Positions 34,502 to 42,515 of a stretch of 44,918 nucleotides of DNA are shown piece after piece. How positions within the stretch are numbered: position 1 is the stretch's first letter; each line of letters opens with the position of its first letter. The stretch comes from an uncultured Verrucomicrobiales bacterium (GTDB lineage: Bacteria; Verrucomicrobiota; Verrucomicrobiia; Verrucomicrobiales; Akkermansiaceae), in contig CAYUKP010000001.1 of NCBI GenBank assembly GCA_964445335.1, positions 1-44,918 on the forward strand, read 5' to 3'. Under the pieces are notes generated by a model. That model saw only the letters and a program-made list of their open reading frames with translations. It had not been told where the DNA came from and did not search any database. A program made the position numbers and the translations under genes.

Positions 34502-35617
34502 GTGGATCAACAATCAGACAACACCCGAATTCTTATTGCAACTGCGGGATTTGGGGAGGGTCATAACAGTGCGGCCAAGGGGCTCAAAGATGTATTGGGT
34601 GCAGATGATATTGCTCAAATCGTTGATCCTTGTGAGATCGCAGCTCCTCGTATTAATCAGCGTTTGAAAACCACATACCGTCGGATCACAACGTATAGCC
34701 CTCATTTGTGGAAGGGAATTTATAATTCTTGTGATAGACAAGATTTTACCAAAGAGCGTGTGCCTTTGATGAAGAAGGTTAGGGCTTGTATGGGAAGTTT
34801 GATTGAGGAAAAAGAAGCCGAGGCTCTCCTGACAACATATTTTATTTACCCATATTTTATGGAGCGCTATGTCCAACGACAGGGTAGGCGTGTGCCAGTA
34901 TTTACTGTGGTTACGGACTCGATTGAAATCAATGCGGCCTGGTTTAAGGCACCATGTGATCATTGGTTTGTTACAGATACCTTTACTCGGCAGAAGTTAA
35001 TAAAGTTTGGGTTACCTCCAAATGTGGTGCATGAGTTTGGATTCCCAATTCATCCTCGGTTTGCGGAATTGGAACCGATGTCTGAGGAGAGTCCAGTAGA
35101 GCCTTTTAAAGTCTTATATTTCCCTACTGCTCGGCGGCCTCATTTTAAACAGTCTGTTCATGCGATTCTCTCAGCCGATCCACGAGTGACATTGACTATT
35201 GTTCTCGGGCGTAATGTGAGAAGCTTATATCGCAGAGCGCAAGAGATGCGAGTGGCCTACCCTAATAGGATTCGGCTTATTGGATGGACTAAGAAAGTTC
35301 CAGAGCTCCTATCAACTCACCATATTCTTGTGGGGAAGGCTGGGGGAGCAACTGTACATGAGGCTATCGCAGCTAATTGTCCTATGCTTGTGCATCATGT
35401 TGTTCCTGGGCAAGAAGAGGGAAATTTGGCGCTTTTACGAGCAAGTGAATGTGGGGAGTATGTTGATGGACCTAATATTCTTGGGCAAGCTATCAAAAAC
35501 TTTTTGGCTCATGATGGAGCTCTCTGGAGAGTGCAGAAGAAAAATATGAAAAAAATAGCTAAACCTAATGCTGCGCAAACAATAGCAAACTTTGTATTAA
35601 ATCAAATTAATGAGTGA
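34502..35617 (+). CDS. UgtP/MGDG-synthase-like diacylglycerol glycosyltransferase (GT28 family)
   Basis: 371 aa with a GTG start. It is collinear with Bacillus UgtP as I remember it: 'RILIATAGFGEGHNSAAKGL', '..VFTVVTDSIEINAAWF..WFVTD..', '..GFPIHPRF..' and '..VGKAGGATVHEAIAANCPML..VPGQEEGN..'. Confidence 0.8.
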   Translation: MDQQSDNTRILIATAGFGEGHNSAAKGLKDVLGADDIAQIVDPCEIAAPRINQRLKTTYRRITTYSPHLWKGIYNSCDRQDFTKERVPLMKKVRACMGSLIEEKEAEALLTTYFIYPYFMERYVQRQGRRVPVFTVVTDSIEINAAWFKAPCDHWFVTDTFTRQKLIKFGLPPNVVHEFGFPIHPRFAELEPMSEESPVEPFKVLYFPTARRPHFKQSVHAILSADPRVTLTIVLGRNVRSLYRRAQEMRVAYPNRIRLIGWTKKVPELLSTHHILVGKAGGATVHEAIAANCPMLVHHVVPGQEEGNLALLRASECGEYVDGPNILGQAIKNFLAHDGALWRVQKKNMKKIAKPNAAQTIANFVLNQINE

Positions 35618-36479
35618 GACTTATATATTTGGCGATCGGACATTAGTTAAGCCTCTGAGGCCTCTAATTATGGGAATAGTAAACATTAATGATGATTCGT
35701 TCTCAGGAGATGGTTCATTGGATGTTCAAGAGCTTTCGTTACAAATCAGGCATAAGGTCGCCCAAGGTGCAGACTTTATTGACCTCGGGGCAGAGAGTGC
35801 GAGGACAAACCGCGAGGCGGTTTCGGTCGATGAAGAGGTGCGACGACTGTTTTCGGTTTTAGAGGGCTGGGAGAAAATAATTCAGCAGACTAAACCCAAA
35901 GACTCTGTGCAGGTGTGGCCTCCGGTTCTGTCTATTAATACGTGGCGTGTGGAGGTTCTTCAGGCGCTAATGGACTCCCCTTATCGAGAGAGTATTGGTT
36001 TAGTAAATGATATGAGTGCGCTCGCGGACTCTCGGACATTGAAGTTAGTCGCGGCATCAAATGCATCTTTGCTTATTATGCATTCGATCGGGCTTCCCAA
36101 GCAGGATCACAGTCATGTGACATGGGATGATATTTGTGCCTCGGTTTCTTCCTTTTTTGAGCAGGCTTTGCATCAGGCGCATGCTGCGGGGGTTCCCAAG
36201 GAGCGTATTATTTTAGATCCAGGGTTAGATTTTGCGAAGCAAACCGATGATAGTTTGAAGTTGATTCAAAGCGCACAGCTTTTTGCCTCATATGGTACAG
36301 GGGTTTTAATGCCTTTATCTCGAAAAAACTTCATAGGAGAAACGTTAGGTAGAGAGGATCCATTGCATAGAGATGCAGGAACACTGGCATGTGTTCCATT
36401 TTTGACTCAGTTACCTTGCTGTATCGTTCGCGCTCATAATGTAGAGGCTATTTGGCAAGGGCTTAGGGTGCTTGGTTAG
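35610..36479 (+). CDS. folP: dihydropteroate synthase-like pterin-binding protein (divergent active-site motifs)
   Basis: 289 aa, collinear with DHPS: 'IMGIVNINDDSFSGDG', '..IDLGAESARTN..', '..LSINT..', '..VNDMSAL..', '..IMHS..', '..ILDPGLDFAK..', '..LSRKNFIG..', '..VRAHNV..'. Several motifs deviate from canonical DHPS (see findings). Its start overlaps the glycosyltransferase stop by 8 nt. Confidence 0.75.
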   Translation: MSETYIFGDRTLVKPLRPLIMGIVNINDDSFSGDGSLDVQELSLQIRHKVAQGADFIDLGAESARTNREAVSVDEEVRRLFSVLEGWEKIIQQTKPKDSVQVWPPVLSINTWRVEVLQALMDSPYRESIGLVNDMSALADSRTLKLVAASNASLLIMHSIGLPKQDHSHVTWDDICASVSSFFEQALHQAHAAGVPKERIILDPGLDFAKQTDDSLKLIQSAQLFASYGTGVLMPLSRKNFIGETLGREDPLHRDAGTLACVPFLTQLPCCIVRAHNVEAIWQGLRVLG

Positions 36480-37074
36480 ACGGAGGGTTACTGACAATGT
36501 CATCTTCTGTATACATGACTTTGTCAGGTCCTGCCGAACGGATCGTGACTCTTTTGAGGGACTCAGCATGAAAGGCATATGGTGTTTTCCATTGATCCAT
36601 CAGTTCCCCCTCAGGGCTGATACTTGGGTGACTTGATTCGATTAGAGCAATGCGTTTAGGGTTTTTTCCTAGGAGGGCGTTTGTGACTTCAATATTCAAG
36701 CCTACAGGAAGCCCTCCTTTGACAATGTCATTGTAACGCTGTAGAAGGTTTGCCACCGCGCTAATATACATGGATTCAGGGTGGCCTTTCTCTTTCAGGA
36801 TTTCTGCGTCAGGAATAGGATCAATTTTGGGATCGTTTCTAAGTTGCGCGTTATCTGGTGAAAAATCGAAGCTTGAAGGATAAGGGGTCTCACCTATGTA
36901 AACATGTTCAGGGCTGATTCCATAGCTTGCCTGTGATGTTGCGGATAGTCTTTTTTTAGTAGAAGGTGTCGTCTGAGAGGTGGCTTGGGAGATAGGTTCA
37001 GGACTAGAGTTTAAAGCAAAAAATAGGAAGAGACCTATAGATATAATGCCCAAAGTGAGAATGATTTTTTTCAT
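36463..37074 (-). CDS. hypothetical secreted/membrane-anchored protein
   Basis: 203 aa with an N-terminal TM/signal segment (IILTLGIISIGLFLFFAL) and an S/T/P-rich linker. The C-terminus '..LMDQWKTPYAFHAESLKRVTIRSAGPDKVMYTEDDIV' is reminiscent of pseudopilin (GspG-type) C-termini, but no prepilin G-F-T-L-x-E motif is present. Confidence 0.5.
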   Translation of the reverse strand: MKKIILTLGIISIGLFLFFALNSSPEPISQATSQTTPSTKKRLSATSQASYGISPEHVYIGETPYPSSFDFSPDNAQLRNDPKIDPIPDAEILKEKGHPESMYISAVANLLQRYNDIVKGGLPVGLNIEVTNALLGKNPKRIALIESSHPSISPEGELMDQWKTPYAFHAESLKRVTIRSAGPDKVMYTEDDIVSNPPSNQAP

Positions 37075-37157
37075 AGGTAGTTAGGTGGGTTTATTTTTAT
37101 ATATTAGGTGAGGTTATAAATTGTGAAAACGAAATAAGAATAGGTTGCTTTATTGTT

Positions 37158-37736
37158 TCATGTAGAACTCTGAAAAAGATTTGTGATGACCTGTATCTCT
37201 GCGTCATGCTCATTTAATGGTGCACAGGATAAAGTTTCGTTTAAGCTTGGGATCGCTAGCGTCTCTTGCTTAATTTGTCTTTTGTCAGATGGATAAATGT
37301 TCTCTGGTAAGAGCTTTTTAGAGAGCCAATAACATACCCATGCTCTTTGGACTCGCAAATGCCCAAGGGGTCGTCCTGCTGGCATTCTCGTCGCTAAATG
37401 CTGAAAGTGACGGACAGGGTTCCCCATAAAACCATCTCTTGTTTGGTGTGTTTCTAAGATCCACTTTAAGGCATAATAAGGGTTTTGTTTTACTAACACC
37501 CCGGCTCTGGAAAAAGCGTTCTGCCTTAAGGGTAAAGCCAAAGCGTGATTTAATTGTAAAATCGCTTGGGCTGGTTTTTCTCCATTCAAACATGATTGGG
37601 CATAACATAATCTGTAATGTAAAAGAGCTTCACCTTTGATGGTGGCCTTATGATCTATCAAGGCAGAGGCTTTATATACCTTACCAACTTTGGGTAAATA
37701 AGGGCACTCATTTTTAAACCGTGATGAAGATGGCAT
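37158..37736 (-). CDS. hypothetical protein
   Basis: 192-aa ORF, soluble-looking and His/Arg/Trp-rich (..GFMGNPVRHFQHLATRMPAGRPLGHLRVQRAWVCYWL..). I recognise no family. Confidence 0.45.
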   Translation of the reverse strand: MPSSSRFKNECPYLPKVGKVYKASALIDHKATIKGEALLHYRLCYAQSCLNGEKPAQAILQLNHALALPLRQNAFSRAGVLVKQNPYYALKWILETHQTRDGFMGNPVRHFQHLATRMPAGRPLGHLRVQRAWVCYWLSKKLLPENIYPSDKRQIKQETLAIPSLNETLSCAPLNEHDAEIQVITNLFQSST

Positions 37737-37931
37737 GTTCGTTTTTTATGGTGAGGTCTTCTGTGAGCTCAGAAGGATGTGGAAAGGGGGGAGAATGAAG
37801 ATCTTTATTTATTATCGTATTCTTCCTGCTCGGATTCATAAACGGGAGACGATATGTAATCCCGTAAGTGTAAATATTTGTTATGAGAGGTGAGGTCACC
37901 GGGGGGCTCTAAGAGGGGGCTGAAGAGAGGG

Positions 37932-38720
37932 TTATTTAACCGCAGCTATGAGAGGTTTGGCAAATTCTAGGACGGCGTTGACCGCGTTGTTAGGATTTTT
38001 TTCGATTTGCTTTACGATAGCTGATCCTACAATGACGCCGTCTGCGTGTTGTGCTTGTTCTCTGGCATGGTCCGCTGTGGAGATGCCAAAACCAACACAG
38101 ACAGGGACGTTAGTATAGCTTTGGATCTTCGAGATTGTGGAGCCTATGGCCTTGGATGGTTCAACATTAGCTCCTGTGACTCCTGTGCGTGAGAGGGCGT
38201 AGATAAATCCGCTACTGCTTTCGGCTAGTAATTTGACTCGGTCTTCAGGAGTTGTAGGTGCAATGAGTGTAATATGGCACAGCCCTGAATCTATAGTTAA
38301 ATCTTGATTTTGTGCCGCTTCTTCGGGGGGGAGATCCAAAATAAGCACCCCATCAACTCCAGCAGATTGTGCGTCCTTAATGAATTGTTGGTAGCCGTAA
38401 GCGAAGATTGGGTTAAGATAGGTAAAGAGAACGATAGGTGTATCGTGTGTTTTACGGAACTCTCTGACAAGGTCTAAAACTCTTGGGGTGCTCATCCCTG
38501 CTTCCAGAGCGCGGCTTGCAGCCATTTGGTTAACTATTCCATCAGCAAGAGGGTCTGAAAAGGGAACTCCTAATTCTATTATGTCTGCTCCACTATTGGC
38601 CAGTCCTTTAATTACTTCTAGGGAAATATCAAAACTAGGGTCTCCAGCGCAGACGTATGAAATAAAAGCCTTTTCACCTTTCTTCTTTAAGTTCGCAAAT
38701 GTCGTCTCAATACGATTCAT
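37932..38720 (-). CDS. trpA: tryptophan synthase alpha chain
   Basis: 262 aa. It has '..GADIIELGVPFSDPLADG..' (catalytic Glu/Asp region) and '..VGFGIST..' (phosphate-binding loop). Confidence 0.92.
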   Translation of the reverse strand: MNRIETTFANLKKKGEKAFISYVCAGDPSFDISLEVIKGLANSGADIIELGVPFSDPLADGIVNQMAASRALEAGMSTPRVLDLVREFRKTHDTPIVLFTYLNPIFAYGYQQFIKDAQSAGVDGVLILDLPPEEAAQNQDLTIDSGLCHITLIAPTTPEDRVKLLAESSSGFIYALSRTGVTGANVEPSKAIGSTISKIQSYTNVPVCVGFGISTADHAREQAQHADGVIVGSAIVKQIEKNPNNAVNAVLEFAKPLIAAVK

Positions 38721-38803
38721 AACAGTTGCAATATCTCCTATACAAGCTGTTTACAAATACTTAATGCGTATTATTTTTCACAAAATTGTGAATTTGAAAA
38801 AAA

Positions 38804-38878
38804 TGGTACGCGGACTGGGATTTGAACCCAGGACCAATTGGTTAAAAGCCAACTGCTCTACCGCTGAGCTATCCGCGC
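38804..38878 (-). tRNA. tRNA-Lys (anticodon UUU), 3' CCA encoded
   Basis: The reverse complement folds into a 75-nt cloverleaf: GCGCGGA-TA-GCTC-AGCGGTA-GAGC-A-GTTGG-CTTTTAA-CCAAT-TGGTC-CTGGG-TTCAAAT-CCCAG-TCCGCGT-A-CCA. The 1:72 pair is G-U. Confidence 0.88.
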
Positions 38879-38941
38879 TCCTTTCGGTGTTTGGAAGCTA
38901 ACCTAAAAAAATAATAATGCAAGAGAAAACTATAGGAAAAA

Positions 38942-39940
38942 TTATTTTTTTTCTAAGAGTTGGTCAAGGTTCTCAACACAACAAGGGTCTGGAGCTATTT
39001 TGTGATGAGGAGTCAGAGAAACAGGGGTGAGATCTAGCCCAATAGTTTCGTCGTATTTAGGATGTTGGATACGGTACCCAAAGGCACTTCCTTCTGGGGG
39101 GCTGATAGGAGAGGGGACGTCTCCGGGAATAATGGTGCGTTTTGTTTTGAGAGAAGGCGAGCGGGCTGGGATAGATGAAATCAAGGCTTTGGTGTAGGCG
39201 TGTTTTGCTTTAGAATAGAGAATGTCAGCAGGGGCTTCTTCTACAATCTTTCCTAGATACATGACAGCAACTCTGTCACTGACATGCTTCACTACAGATA
39301 AGTCATGAGCAATGAATAGGTAACTGAGTTGGAACTCTCTTTGGAGATCCATTAAGAGGTTGAGAACTTGAGCTTGGACTGAGACATCGAGAGCTGAGAC
39401 TGGTTCGTCTAGAATGAGGAGCTTTGGTTGAACGGCCAAAGCACGTGCAATTCCGATACGTTGGCGTTGACCTCCTGAGAATTCAAAGGGGTATTTCGAG
39501 GCCGCAGACTGGGCTAGCCCCACTTTGTTTAACAGGCCTTTTACCTTTTTGTGGCGCTCACTTGACTTGGCCAATTTATGAATACGTAAGGGTTCTTGTA
39601 AAAGCTCTGATACGGTCATTTTAGGATTGAGAGATTCGGCTGGGTCTTGGAAGACCATTTGAATATCTTTGCGTAAGGGGCGCAATTTGCTTTCTCTCAG
39701 GTTGGTTATATCATGAGTGTTGAACTGAATAGAGCCAGATGTAGGCTTTAAGAGCCTAATAAGGCATTTTCCTAGAGTAGACTTTCCGCATCCTGATTCC
39801 CCAACAAGACCTAGGGTTTCTCCGGCAGAGATTTCTAGAGATACGCCATCCAGAGCTTTGACTGAGCCAATATTTCTTTTGAAAACGCCCCCAACAATGG
39901 GGTAATACATTTTGAGCTGGGTTGCGGAGAGAAGAGCCAT
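38942..39940 (-). CDS. ABC transporter ATP-binding protein, oligopeptide/dipeptide (OppF/DppF) type
   Basis: 332 aa. Walker A is 'GESGCGKST', the signature is 'FSGGQRQRIGIARAL' and Walker B is 'LLILDEPVSALD'. It also has the Opp-type C-terminal extension. No permease or binding-protein gene is adjacent. Confidence 0.85.
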   Translation of the reverse strand: MALLSATQLKMYYPIVGGVFKRNIGSVKALDGVSLEISAGETLGLVGESGCGKSTLGKCLIRLLKPTSGSIQFNTHDITNLRESKLRPLRKDIQMVFQDPAESLNPKMTVSELLQEPLRIHKLAKSSERHKKVKGLLNKVGLAQSAASKYPFEFSGGQRQRIGIARALAVQPKLLILDEPVSALDVSVQAQVLNLLMDLQREFQLSYLFIAHDLSVVKHVSDRVAVMYLGKIVEEAPADILYSKAKHAYTKALISSIPARSPSLKTKRTIIPGDVPSPISPPEGSAFGYRIQHPKYDETIGLDLTPVSLTPHHKIAPDPCCVENLDQLLEKK

Positions 39941-40086
39941 GTCAAAGTGATGTAATGAGAAAGGAGTGATGATCCAATAAAATTTCAGCTTTTATCTATA
40001 GGAATTTGACTATTGGAAAGCATTGAGGAAACAATAGAAGAGAACTGCAGGAACAGAGAAATGTAAGGGTTTTTGCCCCAGCGACT

Positions 40087-40971
40087 TTGGCAAACCTTGG
40101 TTGTGGTTACGATGTCTTAGGATTAGCAATAGACGGGCCAGGGGATGAGGTTGTTGTGCGAGAAGGTGAGGGTACAGAAGGGATTGTCATCACTCAAATT
40201 ACAGGCGATGATGGGTTGTTACCACAGGAGGCTGCCAAAAATACCGCAGGAATTGCAGCTCAAAAGGTTTTAGACCGATTAGGTATTGGAGGCTCATTTG
40301 AAATGGAGATTCATAAGAAAATGCCTTTCGGGAGTGGTTTGGGGTCGAGTGCAGCGAGTGCAGTTGCTGGAGCTTTTGCTATGAATGAGCTTTTAGGGGC
40401 ACCTTTGGAGAGGCGCGACTTGCTTGAGGCCGCGATGCACGGAGAAGAGTATGCGAGCAAGGCGTGGCATGCAGACAATGTTGCCCCCTGCTTACTAGGG
40501 GGGATCTGTCTCGTCAGGGATAATAATTCCTTTGATGTTTTGAATCTGCCTGTACCAGAGGATTTGTGGCTTACGGTTCTCTATGATCCATCAATTGAGA
40601 TTTTAACGGCGGAAGCACGGGAGCGAGTGCCCAAAGAGGTGCCTACAAATATTGCCACGACACAAGCTGCGAATTTGGCTTCATTTGTCTCTGCGCTCTA
40701 TGAGAAAGACTTTACTTTGATGAGTAGAGCGATGGTTGACCGGATTGCAGAGCCTACACGCCAGCCGCTTATTTCATCTTTTGAAGCAAGTCGACAGAAA
40801 GCAATGGAAGCAGGAGCTTTGGCGTTTGGGATTTCTGGTTCTGGCCCGAGCCTTTATGCCTTGTCTCATGGACAAGTTTCCGCACATAATGTTGCCAAAG
40901 CTTTTGATTCTCAGGAGATTGAGGTCTATGTCTCTCGTGTAAATACAAAGGGGGCTGTAAGGCTAGCGTAG
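40087..40971 (+). CDS. thrB: homoserine kinase (start codon unresolved; conserved N-terminus extends upstream to at least 40063)
   Basis: It carries the GHMP-kinase motif '..PFGSGLGSSAASAVAG..'. The frame stays open upstream and reads V-R-V-F-A-P-A-T before the track's TTG. This matches the ThrB N-terminal consensus (E. coli [21 protein letters not shown]), but no in-frame ATG/GTG/TTG lies there. Confidence 0.85.
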   Translation: MANLGCGYDVLGLAIDGPGDEVVVREGEGTEGIVITQITGDDGLLPQEAAKNTAGIAAQKVLDRLGIGGSFEMEIHKKMPFGSGLGSSAASAVAGAFAMNELLGAPLERRDLLEAAMHGEEYASKAWHADNVAPCLLGGICLVRDNNSFDVLNLPVPEDLWLTVLYDPSIEILTAEARERVPKEVPTNIATTQAANLASFVSALYEKDFTLMSRAMVDRIAEPTRQPLISSFEASRQKAMEAGALAFGISGSGPSLYALSHGQVSAHNVAKAFDSQEIEVYVSRVNTKGAVRLA

Positions 40972-41547
40972 AGAACGTGTTGCCTGATGTAGGAGTTCTA
41001 AGTATTCCGACCTTGGGCATTCATAGGCTCCAAATGTTTTGAGGTGTTCTGTAATCCACTGAGTATCGAGTAAGAGAGCACCTATAGAGCGCAGATGTTC
41101 TACTAAGGAAACGAGGGCGATTTTACTCGCATTAGGTTTTCGACTAAACATCGACTCTCCAAAGAAGGCTTGCTCGATTTGCACCCCATAGAGACCTCCT
41201 TGTAAACCATCTTGATCCCAGTATTCGACAGAGTGGGCAAACCCAAGTTCGTAGAGGTTACAATAGCTTTTGATGATGCGCTCATCTATCCAGGTTTCTT
41301 TTCGTTCGGCACAGCCTCGCATGACTTCCTCAAATGCGGTATCAAATTTTATTTCGTAAGATTGTTTGCGGAGAGCCTTTTTCAAACCATGGTTTACTTT
41401 GAACCTCGAATCCAGAGGGATTACACCTCTGAATTCTGGATCAAACCATAAAATTTCTCCTTTGTCAGCCATCGGAAACACTCCATCGAGATAGGCTCCT
41501 AAGAGGAGTTCTGCAGGGATGATGTCTGAGGGAGGGTGTGTATCCAT
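40963..41547 (-). CDS. aat: leucyl/phenylalanyl-tRNA--protein transferase
   Basis: 194 aa. It has '..LLLGAYLDGVFPMAD..ILWFDPEFRGVIPLD..' and '..GGLYGVQIEQAFFGESMFS..', typical of L/F-transferase. Confidence 0.9.
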   Translation of the reverse strand: MDTHPPSDIIPAELLLGAYLDGVFPMADKGEILWFDPEFRGVIPLDSRFKVNHGLKKALRKQSYEIKFDTAFEEVMRGCAERKETWIDERIIKSYCNLYELGFAHSVEYWDQDGLQGGLYGVQIEQAFFGESMFSRKPNASKIALVSLVEHLRSIGALLLDTQWITEHLKTFGAYECPRSEYLELLHQATRSLR

Positions 41548-41550
41548 AAA

Positions 41551-42501
41551 TTAAACGGAATGATACCAAGCCTTACCAGTCTGCACAAGTGTTTCAGCAC
41601 ACTGGCAGTCCTTTGAAATCTGGTCTTTTAGGGCCTCTAAGTTGGCAAACTTTTGCTCTCCTCTAATTCTTTGGCCAAAGGAAACTTGTAATTCTTCACC
41701 ATAGATTTCTTCATTAAAGTTTAGTAAGTGAACCTCAAAGGTTTGCTGTAGTGACCCTCCAATTGTGGGGCGGACACCTAGGTTGGCGACACCTGTTTCC
41801 GAGCGGTTGTTCCACTGAGCTTGAACAACATATACTCCATTGGGAGGGAGGAGCTCATTGGTTGTGTCGATATTGGCTGTAGGGAAGCCGAGAGTTCGAC
41901 CGATTTGTGCGCCTTTTACTACCGTACCAAAGAGTTCATATGGTCTGCCAAGCATTTGTGTCGCTGCACTTAAGTTACCGTCTCTAACGGCTTGTCTAAT
42001 GCGAGTACTACTGATGCGTTCTCCATGGTTTATCACCGGAGGAGTAGCAGTCAGGATGATATTATGTTGCGTGCAATACGTCTGAAGAAAGGGTAAGGAA
42101 CCCTCACGACCTTTCCCGAACTTCCAGTCTTCTCCTACTGAAATGTGAGCTAAATTCCCAGTAGAGCGCAAAGTATCGAGAAATGCTTCAGCTGATAAGG
42201 TCGCGAAAGATTCGTCAAAGGGAATGATGTAGAGAAGGTCAACCCCTAATCTTTCCAGCAGAGCCTCCTTGTGAGCCATTGAGGCGAGAATTTTTTGAGG
42301 AGCACGATTAGGTGCGACAATTTGGATAGGGAATGGATCAAATGTGAGAACGCCACTGAGATGGCCTGTGTTTTTAGCCGCGGTAACAGCTTCAGAAATA
42401 ACACGCTTATGTCCGACATGTACCCCGTCAAAGACCCCCATCGCTAAGTGAACGGGTTGTTTGAGAGTAGCCAGAGTTTCAAGATCCCTAGTAATAATCA
42501 T
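41551..42501 (-). CDS. ribF: bifunctional riboflavin kinase / FMN adenylyltransferase
   Basis: 316 aa. It has '..AMGVFDGVHVGHKRVI..', '..GFPTANI..' and a C-terminal riboflavin kinase domain (..VEVHLLNFNEEIYGEEL..). Confidence 0.92.
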   Translation of the reverse strand: MIITRDLETLATLKQPVHLAMGVFDGVHVGHKRVISEAVTAAKNTGHLSGVLTFDPFPIQIVAPNRAPQKILASMAHKEALLERLGVDLLYIIPFDESFATLSAEAFLDTLRSTGNLAHISVGEDWKFGKGREGSLPFLQTYCTQHNIILTATPPVINHGERISSTRIRQAVRDGNLSAATQMLGRPYELFGTVVKGAQIGRTLGFPTANIDTTNELLPPNGVYVVQAQWNNRSETGVANLGVRPTIGGSLQQTFEVHLLNFNEEIYGEELQVSFGQRIRGEQKFANLEALKDQISKDCQCAETLVQTGKAWYHSV

Positions 42502-42515
42502 GAGAATATTATAAG

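Noticed and set aside
37780-37930. G-tracts (gggggg, ggggg, ggg) on the plus strand downstream of trpA, as a possible G-quadruplex
   Set aside because: There are only three closely spaced tracts of three or more G, with long loops. A fourth tract is over 100 nt away. This is insufficient for a canonical G4 call.
38488-38901. 137-aa plus-strand ORF spanning the trpA 5' end and the tRNA-Lys locus
   Set aside because: It runs antisense through trpA and straight through a well-folding tRNA gene. It is not a credible CDS.
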